Origin: Candidatus Bathyarchaeota archaeon
Lineage (GTDB): Archaea > Thermoproteota > Bathyarchaeia > Bathyarchaeales > Bathycorpusculaceae
Length of the DNA: 64,000 nt
Reading direction: 5' to 3'
NCBI GenBank assembly: GCA_963826715.1
Contig: CAWGYA010000002.1
Coordinates: forward strand, 288,001 to 352,000
Of the stretch, positions 1-10,837 are shown piece after piece; position 1 is the first letter of the stretch; each line of letters begins with the position of its first letter. Made by a program: the position numbers and the translations under genes. The notes beneath the pieces were generated by a model that was given only the letters and a program-made list of their open reading frames with translations, did no database searches and was not told the DNA's origin.

Positions 1-262
1 GGTTAAGCTTGTAGAGAGTCTTGGTACTACGAACTGCTTTGTCGATTATGTAGGGTAAGACTTTAATGACATTGTAGTTGTATGCGAGTTTTAATATTTC
101 TGGATAGAGATCTTCGCGCTTCTTTGAAGTAAGCAGTTTGGAGTCTTTGACCCCAAGAGCCGCCAATTGAGACAGGTTATCAGATTGCACCGCTACGCCT
201 GCGACTACCAAAGGTCCAACCACGCAACCTCGCCCCGCTTCATCGACACCAGCAATCAACAC
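1..262 (-). CDS. rnhB: Ribonuclease HII (N-terminal part; runs off the window edge)
   Basis: Hand translation from GTG at 262: MLIAGVDEAGRGCVVGPLVVAGV...GVKDSKLL; contains the RNase HII DEAGRG and DSK motifs. Confidence 0.93.
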   Translation of the reverse strand, partial: MLIAGVDEAGRGCVVGPLVVAGVAVQSDNLSQLAALGVKDSKLLTSKKREDLYPEILKLAYNYNVIKVLPYIIDKAVRSTKTLYKLN

Positions 263-379
263 GTCCCAATTCTCACCCGTTTAAGAGTGACATTACTTTT
301 TCTATGCTATATTGCTTTTCCAAAACTGCAATCAGAAAAAAAATTACACAAAGGAGCTATCAAAAAATTTAATATTAAA

Positions 380-1078
380 TCAGGATTTCTGCGCTACAAT
401 CATGGCATGGGCCTTATCATATGGGTCCAAGGGCACAATTTCTTTGACATCAAAACCGCGTTTACGCAAAACCCTCGCTTCCTGTTGATAAACAGCCTCA
501 GGAACCATCGTAACATCGATGCTCTGCGACTTACATGCTAGCATAACCCAGCCTTGAGGTTTGAGGAAAAAGTCTGCATTATCCGCCAAAAGCTTTGCTT
601 GCTCAGGCTGGGCTACGTCACAATATATCGTATCCACTTTGCCACTGATGAACATAGCGTAACGTTCGGGCATCCGGGCATCCTCCAACATAGGTGAAAT
701 GTTAGTTCGGAAAGTAGCAACATTATTGACTAAATCCCTAAGTGATCGCTGTGCAAATTCTATACAATACACATGCCCTGACTCGCCCACAATGTCTGAG
801 ACGTGACTTGGAGTGGTCCCTGAAGCAGCGCCCAAATACAGCACCTTAAAACCAGGTTCAATGGGCACATTCTGCACGCCCTTAATGATTGCTCCTGCAA
901 GTTTGCTCCGAAAAGCATCCCACACACGATATTCGACACGCCTGAATTTGACCAGACGTTCGCCATACACGTTATGACCAGGTATGAGGTTTTCTGTGCC
1001 CAGTCGCTTAGAGCCGTCTTCAAGAAGGATTTGGTAGATTTCTTTGAATTTATCGTTCGGCTTTACTCTAATGCCCAC
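380..1078 (-). CDS. flpA: Fibrillarin-like rRNA/tRNA 2'-O-methyltransferase
   Basis: VYGE, YRVWDAFRSKLAGAI, VLYLGAASGTTPSHVSD and DVAQPEQA motifs; probable GTG start at 1078 overlapping the nop5 stop (the longer ORF start lies inside nop5). Confidence 0.96.
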   Translation of the reverse strand: MGIRVKPNDKFKEIYQILLEDGSKRLGTENLIPGHNVYGERLVKFRRVEYRVWDAFRSKLAGAIIKGVQNVPIEPGFKVLYLGAASGTTPSHVSDIVGESGHVYCIEFAQRSLRDLVNNVATFRTNISPMLEDARMPERYAMFISGKVDTIYCDVAQPEQAKLLADNADFFLKPQGWVMLACKSQSIDVTMVPEAVYQQEARVLRKRGFDVKEIVPLDPYDKAHAMIVAQKS

Positions 1079-2531
1079 GAGTGTCTCTCCATTGCTTGCG
1101 CCTACGTTTGCCCCCTCGAGGTGGACCCTCTCGTGGAGGTTTAGGCGTGAATGGCCGTTGTTGGTTATCTTTTGGCGGACCTTGAGGTTGAGGGGGTTCT
1201 CTATTTTGGCTACTTGGTTGGCTTTGTCCATCTCTTGGAGGTACTCGATATGTGAAGCGTTTTTCGCCTCCATCTTCTGAACGACGGTCTCTGCCACGAT
1301 CGAATCGGCGTTCTCCACCGTGCCTGCGATCAAAGCCACCTTCGCGTTGAGGTCTTGGTGTAGGTTCTTTTGGCGGTGGAGGATCCTTATATTTCTGGTG
1401 AATCTCCTCTATGCGCCTGTTAATTTCTGCCTTAAGATCGTCTCCTATAAAGTGTCCTTGTCCGAATACATCTGCACGTGCAGCTATGGCAAGTTTGCCT
1501 GCGATAACCCGCGCAATCTTTCCCCTTTGCCAACGCTTTGCATCATGCAAAAGATTGTGTTGGAAGATTAAGCCATGTTTGGGAGGCCTCGCACCTGTTT
1601 TCAGCGAGCGGAAAAGTGCTTTCTCTGCCCCTAAAACTTGAATAGTGCTGGCGGGTCTCATAGCGAGGTTCTGGAGGCTACCCGCAAAAGAGATTAGACG
1701 TGCGCCCAGGAGCGCCCCTGCGACGGCACGCACGTTAGGAGCCATCTCTTCCATGGTGCGGTCTACGTAGTCTTCCATACTTTTTCGGAGCTCATAAAAA
1801 GCGAGTACATCTTTGGCAAGGGCTTGAATTTGAATTAAATCTGTGCCTGCAATATCTGCACCCATAGAGTTTTCTGCAGCTTTTGCAATGTTTGCAGTCC
1901 GTTCTTTGGGAATGTTCTCAGCTTCTAAACCCTCTTCTGTAAAGCTTTCTTTATCACCGATGTTCAAGACGAGCCGTGCATAAGTTTCATGTTTCTCAAC
2001 TAGGCGATCAAGCTCGGGGAAGTAGACGCCATACCATTCGCGTAGTCTACCCATGAAGAGGTTAACTGTTTGGTCAAGACTGTCGAGTGTTTGGATACCC
2101 TGAGATACGATTAAGTCACGTTTCATTGTTGCGCCTTTAATTCGGAGTTTTGCGAGTTCCATGGCGACATTGCGGTTCCAGATACTTAGTTCAGACTCGT
2201 CTGCAGCGAAACCTGATTTCAACGCTACTTCAGCCATCAGGGAATTATGAACAGCGACTTCTGAAGGCTTTGCAACCTCAACTGTCACATCCATTTTGCG
2301 TTGGGTTTCTTCTGCCAATTTGGCATCTGTAAAGACAAACACGTCGTAACTTGTATTTTTTAGTAGAGAAATCAGTGATGTTGTTTGGTCTGAGAGTTTA
2401 CCAGTTTCGGCGCGGAGCAAGCTCTTAGCTGCTGCCTGCGGTTTTTTTGGAAAAAGTGCTTTTTCGACAAGTTGGTTTTTGTCGTCAAAGGCGGCTACGC
2501 CGAAAGGAAACTGTACGATGAATGCTTTCAT
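1068..2531 (-). CDS. nop5: C/D box RNP subunit Nop5 (Nop56/58) with long low-complexity C-terminal tail
   Basis: RLREWYGVYFPEL, PASTIQVLGAEKALF and PKHGLIFQH Nop-domain motifs; directly upstream of fibrillarin. Confidence 0.96.
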   Translation of the reverse strand: MKAFIVQFPFGVAAFDDKNQLVEKALFPKKPQAAAKSLLRAETGKLSDQTTSLISLLKNTSYDVFVFTDAKLAEETQRKMDVTVEVAKPSEVAVHNSLMAEVALKSGFAADESELSIWNRNVAMELAKLRIKGATMKRDLIVSQGIQTLDSLDQTVNLFMGRLREWYGVYFPELDRLVEKHETYARLVLNIGDKESFTEEGLEAENIPKERTANIAKAAENSMGADIAGTDLIQIQALAKDVLAFYELRKSMEDYVDRTMEEMAPNVRAVAGALLGARLISFAGSLQNLAMRPASTIQVLGAEKALFRSLKTGARPPKHGLIFQHNLLHDAKRWQRGKIARVIAGKLAIAARADVFGQGHFIGDDLKAEINRRIEEIHQKYKDPPPPKEPTPRPQREGGFDRRHGGERRFDRGRDRRSEDGGEKRFTYRVPPRDGQSQPSSQNREPPQPQGPPKDNQQRPFTPKPPREGPPRGGKRRRKQWRDTRGH

Positions 2532-2818
2532 ACCTCTGTGCCCCAGTAAACTATGTATTGTCAACACCTTTAGTTATAAATAGTTTCTTTGCCAGCCGAG
2601 GTGTTCATGTATGGGTGGGATACAAAACGAAACCTGCAAATGAGATTATTGCGGTTGCATTCGAACCAACAAACTTTTGAATCTTCGCTATTCTTTGTAA
2701 ACCCCAATTTTAGGACAGATTTGTCTTTTCAAGTTGTTACGAATGTGTTTCTTTATAATCAATCGTTATGTGGCTCAAAACAGTTAATACATACGACCAT
2801 AAAATATTCGAATTAAGG

Positions 2819-3721
2819 ATGGAAATAGGAATAACCGCAAATACAACCCCAAATAAAGTCACAGTTGCATTAATCCAGACAACAGTTTCAGAGAACATAG
2901 CTAAGAATATTCAAAAGACCCAGCGCAGAGTCGAAGAAGCCGCGCATGGGGGCGCCCAAATCATCTGTCTACAAGAACTCTATCGTACTCGCTACTTCCC
3001 ACAGGAGGAGCATCGTGACGTCGCAGATTTGGCGGAGTCCATCCCAGGTGAATCTACCGATGTCCTCGGCAAACTCGCAAAACAACACAGCGTTGTTATC
3101 ATTGCACCTCTGTTTGAAAAGGGAAGCGACAACAAATTCTACAATTCCGCCGCAGTCATAGGCGCAGACGGACAAGTCATGGGGGTTTACCGCAAAATCC
3201 ACATACCCTATGACCCCTACTTCTTTGAGAAAAACTACTTCACACAAGGCACAAACCCCTACAGAGTCTATGATGTGGGGTGCGCTAAAATCGGGGTGCT
3301 CATCTGTTATGATCAATGGTTCCCCGAACCCGCACGCATCAACACCCTGAAAGGGGCAGAAATTATTTTTTATCCCACAGCCATCGGTTACGTCAAAGGC
3401 TACAACAGTGCGGATGGCGACTGGCATGACGCCTGGCGAACCGTGCAGAGAGCACACGCCATTGCAAATGGCGTCCATGTGGCAGCAGTGAACCGAGTCG
3501 GTGAAGAAGATGAGCTGGAGTTTTGGGGCAGCAGTTTTGTCTGTGACGCCTTCGGCAAGGTCGTTGCAGAAGCCAGTAATCAAACCGAGCAAACCCTAAT
3601 CGTGACCGTTGACCTTTCTAAGAACAAACAAATCCAAGAGGGCTGGGGCTTTCTTCGTAATCGACGCCCCGATACATACCTGAAACTAACAGAGAAACTG
3701 AGAGGCACCTCAGATGAATAG
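2819..3721 (+). CDS. aguB: N-carbamoylputrescine amidase-like carbon-nitrogen hydrolase
   Basis: Nitrilase triad motifs CLQELY, YRKIHIP and ICYDQWFPE; overlaps agmatine deiminase; start uncertain (ORF opens at 2768). Confidence 0.85.
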   Translation: MEIGITANTTPNKVTVALIQTTVSENIAKNIQKTQRRVEEAAHGGAQIICLQELYRTRYFPQEEHRDVADLAESIPGESTDVLGKLAKQHSVVIIAPLFEKGSDNKFYNSAAVIGADGQVMGVYRKIHIPYDPYFFEKNYFTQGTNPYRVYDVGCAKIGVLICYDQWFPEPARINTLKGAEIIFYPTAIGYVKGYNSADGDWHDAWRTVQRAHAIANGVHVAAVNRVGEEDELEFWGSSFVCDAFGKVVAEASNQTEQTLIVTVDLSKNKQIQEGWGFLRNRRPDTYLKLTEKLRGTSDE

Positions 3722-4760
3722 CGGAAAAGCCTGCCGTGAACTTGGTTTCTGCATGCCCGCTGAGTGGAAACGTCATGATGCAATTTGGCTTGCTTGGCCC
3801 TACGACCCCACAACCTTCCCTAACCGAGTTGAGCGAGTCGAAAGCACTTATGTGCAGATTATTAAGGAAATCCATGAAAGCGAACACGTCAATCTGTTTG
3901 TCGTCGATGACCCCACAAGGAAAAAGGCTACTCAACTCTTCGATGAAGCAGGCATAGATCAATCCAAAGTGGACATTTTAGTTTCCGATTATGCAGATGT
4001 ATGGTTCCGCGACTATGGCCCTATCTTTGTCCGTAACCCCCGCCACGAATTAGCGATGATCCATTGGGACTTTAATTCTTGGGGCGAAAAATACGAAACT
4101 CTGCTAAAGGACCGAGAAATCCCATCTGTCATCAACGAGAGGATGAAGGTTAGGTGCTTCAAACCAGGCATTGTTTTGGAAGGGGGTTCAATTGAAGTTA
4201 ATGGCGAAGGGACGCTACTGACTACAGAGCAATGCTTGCTTAATAACAATCGGAACCCGCACCTAAATAAACAGAAAATCGAACAGTACCTAATGGATTA
4301 CTTGGGCGTTACCCACTTCATTTGGCTCAAACGCGGAATCCTGGGGGATGACACCGACGGGCACATCGATGACCTGGCGCGCTTTGTGAACCCAACTACC
4401 ATTGTCTGTGCCTACCAAGATGATCCAGCCGAAGCTGATTATGAAGCGCTTAGAGAAAACTATAAGGTCCTCAGCCACGCAACTGATCAAGACGGGGAAA
4501 AAATTAATATCATTAAATTACCCATGCCCAAAGTCATCAGTGACGAAGATGAGCAACTTCCCGCCAGTTACACCAACTTCTACATAGGCAATACCAAAGT
4601 ACTTATGCCCACCTTTGACCATCCTAATGATTTAGCAGCACTGTCTATTTTGCAAGAACAATTTCCGACACGCAAAGTGGTCGGTATCCGATGCACAGAT
4701 TTAGTTTATGGTTTTGGCACCCTACATTGTATTAGTCAGCAGCAGCCTTGCCCTATTTAG
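3714..4760 (+). CDS. aguA: Agmatine deiminase
   Basis: MPAEW, WFRDYGP, LEGGSIEVNGEG, DTDGHID and GTLHCISQQQP motifs. Confidence 0.93.
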   Translation: MNSGKACRELGFCMPAEWKRHDAIWLAWPYDPTTFPNRVERVESTYVQIIKEIHESEHVNLFVVDDPTRKKATQLFDEAGIDQSKVDILVSDYADVWFRDYGPIFVRNPRHELAMIHWDFNSWGEKYETLLKDREIPSVINERMKVRCFKPGIVLEGGSIEVNGEGTLLTTEQCLLNNNRNPHLNKQKIEQYLMDYLGVTHFIWLKRGILGDDTDGHIDDLARFVNPTTIVCAYQDDPAEADYEALRENYKVLSHATDQDGEKINIIKLPMPKVISDEDEQLPASYTNFYIGNTKVLMPTFDHPNDLAALSILQEQFPTRKVVGIRCTDLVYGFGTLHCISQQQPCPI

Positions 4761-5158
4761 ACAGCCCAATACTATATAGCAAAAACTATATTTGCCACCC
4801 ATCCCTCTTTTTGGAAAAAAGCTCGCCTGGATACCACTAATTGCGGGGTCAATATATTATTTGGCAAGTTAATCTTCTTGAGATTGACAACTGACACTAC
4901 AACATATAGTAACTAATTTAAAAAATCATTAAGATTCGAACTAATTGTCGCATCAGAAATTAAAAAGGAAAAAGTAACTTAACTTTTAAAATATTTAGAC
5001 CTGCTTGAGATATATAACGACATGACAGGGGCAATTTCAGCAGAAGTACATCAAACCCTTTCAATCGAAACCTCAAATGACTTACTATAAAGATGAAACC
5101 TGGGTTCATAAATCATATATTTAATTTATCTTAGTATTCAATTAATGGAAGCTATCAC

Positions 5159-5314
5159 ATGACAAAATGTCCAAAATGTGGAAAAGAAGTAGACCCTAAT
5201 AAGAATTATAAGACAGCAATAAAAACGGATGAATCTACAGAAAAGAGCTTCATAACATTCGGTATGTGCGAGGACTGCGCGCTAATATTAATTTTAAAGA
5301 TGCAAAAACAATAA
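5159..5314 (+). CDS. Small zinc-ribbon protein (51 aa, not in ORF track)
   Basis: Hand translation MTKCPKCGKEVDPNKNYKTAIKTDESTEKSFITFGMCEDCALILILKMQKQ; two CxxC; TATA-like AT tract upstream. Confidence 0.6.
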   Translation: MTKCPKCGKEVDPNKNYKTAIKTDESTEKSFITFGMCEDCALILILKMQKQ

Positions 5315-5433
5315 TAAGACTCTTGCCACACCCGCTAAGCTCTTTATTTTAAGTGCACTTGGTTTAAAACATATTGAAAAAAATTGAAGCAATAGACTTA
5401 TAATCCAAGTCAAACCAATAAAAGCCGAAGTGC

Positions 5434-5655
5434 GTGGATAAAATGGAAAGAAAGCTAAAAATTATACCGGAACCAAACAAAGGAACACAAACCATTTTTG
5501 CATCTAAAACAGTGCCAGTAATAAAAAGTAAAGGTGGTAATACTACTTATCTATGTGGTAACTGTGGAGCAAAGATAGGCGAGACTATCATTGAAGGCAA
5601 ATTCAAAAATGTTGTGTTAAAATGCCCAAAATGCAACCTTTACAACGAAATATAG
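5434..5655 (+). CDS. Small zinc-finger protein
   Basis: CGNC...CPKC motifs in a 73-aa ORF. Confidence 0.65.
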   Translation: MDKMERKLKIIPEPNKGTQTIFASKTVPVIKSKGGNTTYLCGNCGAKIGETIIEGKFKNVVLKCPKCNLYNEI

Positions 5656-5663
5656 TTTAGGTA

Positions 5664-6087
5664 TCAATGTTTAACATTCGAACAACATCAATGAAACCAA
5701 TTTTTTCGCCCTCTTGATCCCTCAAAAAAGAAGTCGTTACTTCTATTTTTGATTCTTCCCCATTCTTTAACACAACCCTATATTCATTACTCATATATCT
5801 TGATTATTCATTATTGCAGTAATAGAACGTTGAACAGCCAGACTTCTTTCTTCCTTAACCAAAAACTCAAGATAGTGCTTGCCTATAAACTCGCTTTTAT
5901 CATTTGCACCAAAAATATTTACAATTAATTCGTTTACGTCAGAAATGTAGCCATATAAGTCACCGACCAATATGCCATCACCTGCATTTTTGCTTGACGC
6001 AAACAGATCTTGATCAATTTCAAATTCTATTCGACCGTTTCTGTCAACTATCGAAATAAACTCTGCTTGCTTGACTGCTTTAGACAT
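5664..6087 (-). pseudogene. PAS-domain protein, frameshifted
   Basis: DGILVGDLYGYISDVNE...EFIGK PAS core; the PAC-like end (EYRVVLKNG...EVTTSFLRDQEGEKIGFIDVVR) continues in other frames past the stop at 5791. Confidence 0.6.
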
Positions 6088-6264
6088 ATTGAAATATTTT
6101 TCGATCGATTAAAAAAATGTTTCGACGCTACTTCACAACACAAAGCCTTCCACCTATTTTATTCAAAAATGATAATTCTTTCTTGATCTAACTCAATTTT
6201 TGAACTAACAACATTTCTTTGAGATAGTTTAACTTATAATAGTTGAGGATATGTCGCAGGTTGT

Positions 6265-6906
6265 TCATTGTAAATATTTCTGGGGATTAATTTTGAGTCT
6301 TTTGCATAACTCTAGAAACACAGCCAAACGTTCTGTTCTATCTTCAGTATTAAAACGTAGAAAGAAAGGACGTTGTTCCATGTCAAAAGGGTCCTTCGCT
6401 GCCCCAAATAAGTAAAAAAGCATTGCAACAAAAAGAACTGCCACATCACCTTTCCGGGCCAACAATCCTGCGATTAAGGCTTCTTTGATTTCTGGAGGAT
6501 GATATTCTATTATATCATCGAGTATTTGGGAGAGCCCAGTGAACACCTCTGCGTTTTGTAAAGCATCTAAAAATAGACAAACTTCTCTCACTATCCGAGA
6601 CCAAATCCGGAGCAAACCGTGTAACTGCAACGCGAACAGAAGGGTCAGGGTCCTTTATGGCTTGCTTTAAAGTTTTTTTAGCCCTTTCGGTATTAATTTG
6701 TGCAAGCGCTTCAATGCCGCGCCAATCACGAGAGCTATGATTGATTAATATTTGCTCAATTACCTTGCGTTCGAATGGAGATGCAGATTTTAGCAATCTA
6801 TGTCATAGCCTATGCCGTCGTGCCACTTATCGAAACCTATGATCATACTTTTTTCAAAGCGTTGAAGGGGAGTAGTTGGACGAAATTGATCATTACCAAT
6901 TGACAC
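6265..6906 (-). pseudogene. HEAT-repeat-like protein split by two frameshifts
   Basis: Three consecutive frame segments join (FDKWHDGIGYD / LKQAIKDPDPSVRVAV / EQRPFFLRF). Confidence 0.6.
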
Positions 6907-7061
6907 TTTAGTTTCCTCTTGGTGTTTTGAAGTTATCGATTACAAACAAGAATCATAAATAGGCTATTAAATGATCATTTTGGTGAAGTTAAGTTTAAAC
7001 TCTCCAGTGGAATAATAGGTAGAACACCACCAGTTTGGGCGTAAAGGGGAGAGAATGGTTT

Positions 7062-9278
7062 ATGGTTAATGCTCAGCCTAATCGCAGCCGCGGCGTCAAA
7101 GTTCTAAAAGCCGTTTCCTCACCCATGCGGCTGCAAATCCTTAATTTGCTATTCGATAAAAGTGCCCTATCTTATAGCGAACTCATGACTCAGCTCAAGA
7201 TGAATCCCAGCAGAGACGCAGGAAGATTTGCCTACCACCTCAAATTCCTCCTCAAAGCTGGGCTATTAGAGGCAGATGTAGAAGCAAAAAAATACTATCT
7301 AACCGACCTCGGCAAAATGGTGCTTGATGTAGCAGACCGAGTTGAGAAGAAAGCCGTTAAACCGCGCGGTATGCTTGTGCGCACGTCTCATTTAACGCTG
7401 GAAGAGTTTGATGCAAACAAAATCGCTAATTCTCTTATCAAAGAAGCAAAGGTACCAGCTGAGCTCGCCCAGAAAGCTGCAAAAGAAGCCGAGAAGCGCC
7501 TAGTGAAATCTAAAACCAAGTACCTTACAGCGTCGCTTATCCGCGAAGTCGTCAATGGCATCCTCGTAGAGAAAGGCTATGAAGAATATCGCCACAAACT
7601 CACTCGGGTGGGCATGCCAGTTCATGAAGTAACTGCACTCATTGAATCCAAAGATGCCGCACAGGACTGCTCAGTCGCCATCAGTCGGGCGGGACAAACA
7701 GTGCTGGGGGAATATACGCTACTAAACATTTTTCCCCGAGACATCGCCGACGCACATCTATCCGGCGCCATCCATATAGACAGCTTAGGCACATGGCTGT
7801 TAAAGCCCAATGAGGTCGTGCATGAACTGCGCTATTTCTTTATGCACGGCATCCAACCTGCTAACCCTCAGCAAGTCAAAATGGAAGCGCCTGACAACTT
7901 CAAATCCGCTCTCTCTGCAGCATTCAATGTACTTTTACATGCTAGTAGAGAAATCAATTGCACACAGACCTTCAACTATATCAATCTCGCGCTCGCACCT
8001 TTCGCACGGGGCAATGACGAGACTAAGCTTAAAGAGAACCTGAGACTGTTTATCTTAAACATTAATCAACATGTTGACGCTACGCTGGGGTTGGATCTCT
8101 CAATTTCCAACTCTACCGCCGAAAAGGAGGCCTTTGGCGCGCGGGGAAAAGCTGCAGGAAAGTATGGTGACTATGTTAAAGAAAGTCACTTGTTGGCCTC
8201 GTTAATTCTGGATGTATTCATTGAAGAGAGCTCCGCTAGACCGTTACTTAATCCCAAACTCATAATAAAAATCGCCCCCGAAACTTTAACAGATGAGAAT
8301 GCGAAGGCACTTTTTCAAAAAGCCCATCAGTTAGCACATCAGGGTGGAACCCCCTACTTCGCCAATCTCACAAAAAAAGGCTCGGAGAACTGGGCTTTTA
8401 CTTCTTCAGGAGCCAAATTCTCTTCCGACCTGACAGGAGACTGGGAAACCGATACATTACGTACAGGCGCCCTTGGCTGCGTTAACATAAACCTACCACG
8501 TATAACGTTGGAATGCGAGGGGAATAAAAACAAATTCATCGACTACCTAAAAGAACGCTTTGAACTCTCAGCACGAGCCCTAGGCATCAAAAATAACGCG
8601 TTAAAGCAGTTCGGCAAAAACGCGCTGCCATTTCTCTTACACAAATCTAACGGTGATACCTACTTCCGGCTAGAGAACTGCTCACGCATCGTGAATTTAG
8701 CAGGGTTCTGCGAAGCAATAGAATCTTTTACCGCTAAAAACATAAACGCCCCTGAAAGCCGCCAATTCGCCGAGGAAATAATCGCTAGCCTGCTGTCGTT
8801 TAAGCAGAAGTTGGGCAGAAAATACGGCAGACGACTCTACCCCGCAATCTTGGGTAATCGTGAAGCTGCCGAGCGTCTAGCCCAGCTCGACATCGAACGC
8901 TACGGCTTAGCAAAAGTTAAGTTCTCGGGGACACGCGACAAACCCTACTACTCAACGGTTAAACGTATCCAAATCAAAGCCGCCCCGACACTACTAGCGC
9001 CTGTTGGGACAATGGAAACAGCCCAACTCACAAAGGGCTTAATTGTAGGAGGGAGCCTTGATATACTCGAACTTCAAGGATCAGAATTTTCAGCAGAAGC
9101 ACTAATGGATTTAACTCGGCGAATAATTGAGAACGACACAAGCGAGTTCTTCACATACAATCGCGCGATAAGTTTTTGCGAAAACTGTAAGAAAAACTAT
9201 TACGGCACGTTACACAAATGCCCTAATTGCGGGGCTATGAGCACTCTAACAACATTTGACCGCTTTGCAACAACCTAA
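7062..9278 (+). CDS. ArsR-type wHTH + ATP-cone + class III ribonucleotide reductase (NrdD)-like fusion, apparently catalytically degenerate
   Basis: LKAVSSPMRLQILNLL...YHLKFL (wHTH); EEFDANKIANSLIKE...TASLIRE (ATP cone); ADAHLSGAIHI, LRTG..G.VNINLPRI and C-terminal CxxC..CxxC (NrdD); no terminal RxxGY. Confidence 0.85.
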   Translation: MVNAQPNRSRGVKVLKAVSSPMRLQILNLLFDKSALSYSELMTQLKMNPSRDAGRFAYHLKFLLKAGLLEADVEAKKYYLTDLGKMVLDVADRVEKKAVKPRGMLVRTSHLTLEEFDANKIANSLIKEAKVPAELAQKAAKEAEKRLVKSKTKYLTASLIREVVNGILVEKGYEEYRHKLTRVGMPVHEVTALIESKDAAQDCSVAISRAGQTVLGEYTLLNIFPRDIADAHLSGAIHIDSLGTWLLKPNEVVHELRYFFMHGIQPANPQQVKMEAPDNFKSALSAAFNVLLHASREINCTQTFNYINLALAPFARGNDETKLKENLRLFILNINQHVDATLGLDLSISNSTAEKEAFGARGKAAGKYGDYVKESHLLASLILDVFIEESSARPLLNPKLIIKIAPETLTDENAKALFQKAHQLAHQGGTPYFANLTKKGSENWAFTSSGAKFSSDLTGDWETDTLRTGALGCVNINLPRITLECEGNKNKFIDYLKERFELSARALGIKNNALKQFGKNALPFLLHKSNGDTYFRLENCSRIVNLAGFCEAIESFTAKNINAPESRQFAEEIIASLLSFKQKLGRKYGRRLYPAILGNREAAERLAQLDIERYGLAKVKFSGTRDKPYYSTVKRIQIKAAPTLLAPVGTMETAQLTKGLIVGGSLDILELQGSEFSAEALMDLTRRIIENDTSEFFTYNRAISFCENCKKNYYGTLHKCPNCGAMSTLTTFDRFATT

Positions 9279-9280
9279 AC

Positions 9281-10291
<1,011 letters not shown>

Positions 10292-10555
10292 TCAAGGCGT
10301 CTCATTTTTGTAGGTCTGAGTCATAAAGCAGGGGATTTAGTCTTTTTCAACCCTAAAGACAGAAGTAACGATAAAACCACTTGTGCCCTTTGGACTACAC
10401 TAACCTATGACACTAAACTCTGCTCATACAAAGAAGCAAGGGAACTAACAGGAATTTAACGCCTTCATGACTTATGTTAGACGTAATTTTGGTAAGGTTT
10501 CCTGTTATAAAGTGTTTGAATCCGTCGAAAACGGTTATCCCCTCATCATTGTATA

Positions 10556-10837
10556 TTGCTCTTTAAAGAATACACTTTCCAAGTGTTTAGAGACGACAAA
10601 GGTCAATTCAGAGTACATGCCCAAAAAAACGATTTAATAGTCAATCTCCCCAACAACCCCAAAACAAAACGATTTTATAGCAAATTCCTTAAAGGGTGGG
10701 GTCATCCACTACGACGACTGAGACGCTTTAAGCCCCTAAAGTGGAGGGCTGGAGTTTGGTGCATCGCTCCTGTTGCCGCAATCAGTTTTGAATGGATTAT
10801 TTTTTATCTAACATTGCGCATTAGTAGTTGCCTATGA
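10556..10837 (+). CDS. Hypothetical protein (3' half may be non-coding)
   Basis: 93-aa ORF; its 3' half coincides with the repeated motif at 10687-10763. Confidence 0.25.
   Translation: MLFKEYTFQVFRDDKGQFRVHAQKNDLIVNLPNNPKTKRFYSKFLKGWGHPLRRLRRFKPLKWRAGVWCIAPVAAISFEWIIFYLTLRISSCL
10687..10763 (+). repeat. Left copy of an ~80-bp motif; inverted homolog at 13303-13387
   Basis: Blocks TAAAGGGTGGGGTCATCCRCTACG, GCTTT(T)AAGCCCC and GTGGRGGGCTGGAGTTTGGKGCA are shared with the reverse complement of 13303-13387. Confidence 0.85.

Noticed and set aside
1079-1339. 87-codon N-terminal extension of fibrillarin in the ORF track
   Set aside because: Lies in an alternate frame of the nop5 low-complexity tail; fibrillarin similarity begins only near 1078
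1068-2531. Nop-domain protein as a TIGR-Tas or IS110-like effector
   Set aside because: Canonical Nop5 architecture in the rnhB-flpA-nop5 housekeeping cluster; no nuclease domain or adjacent array
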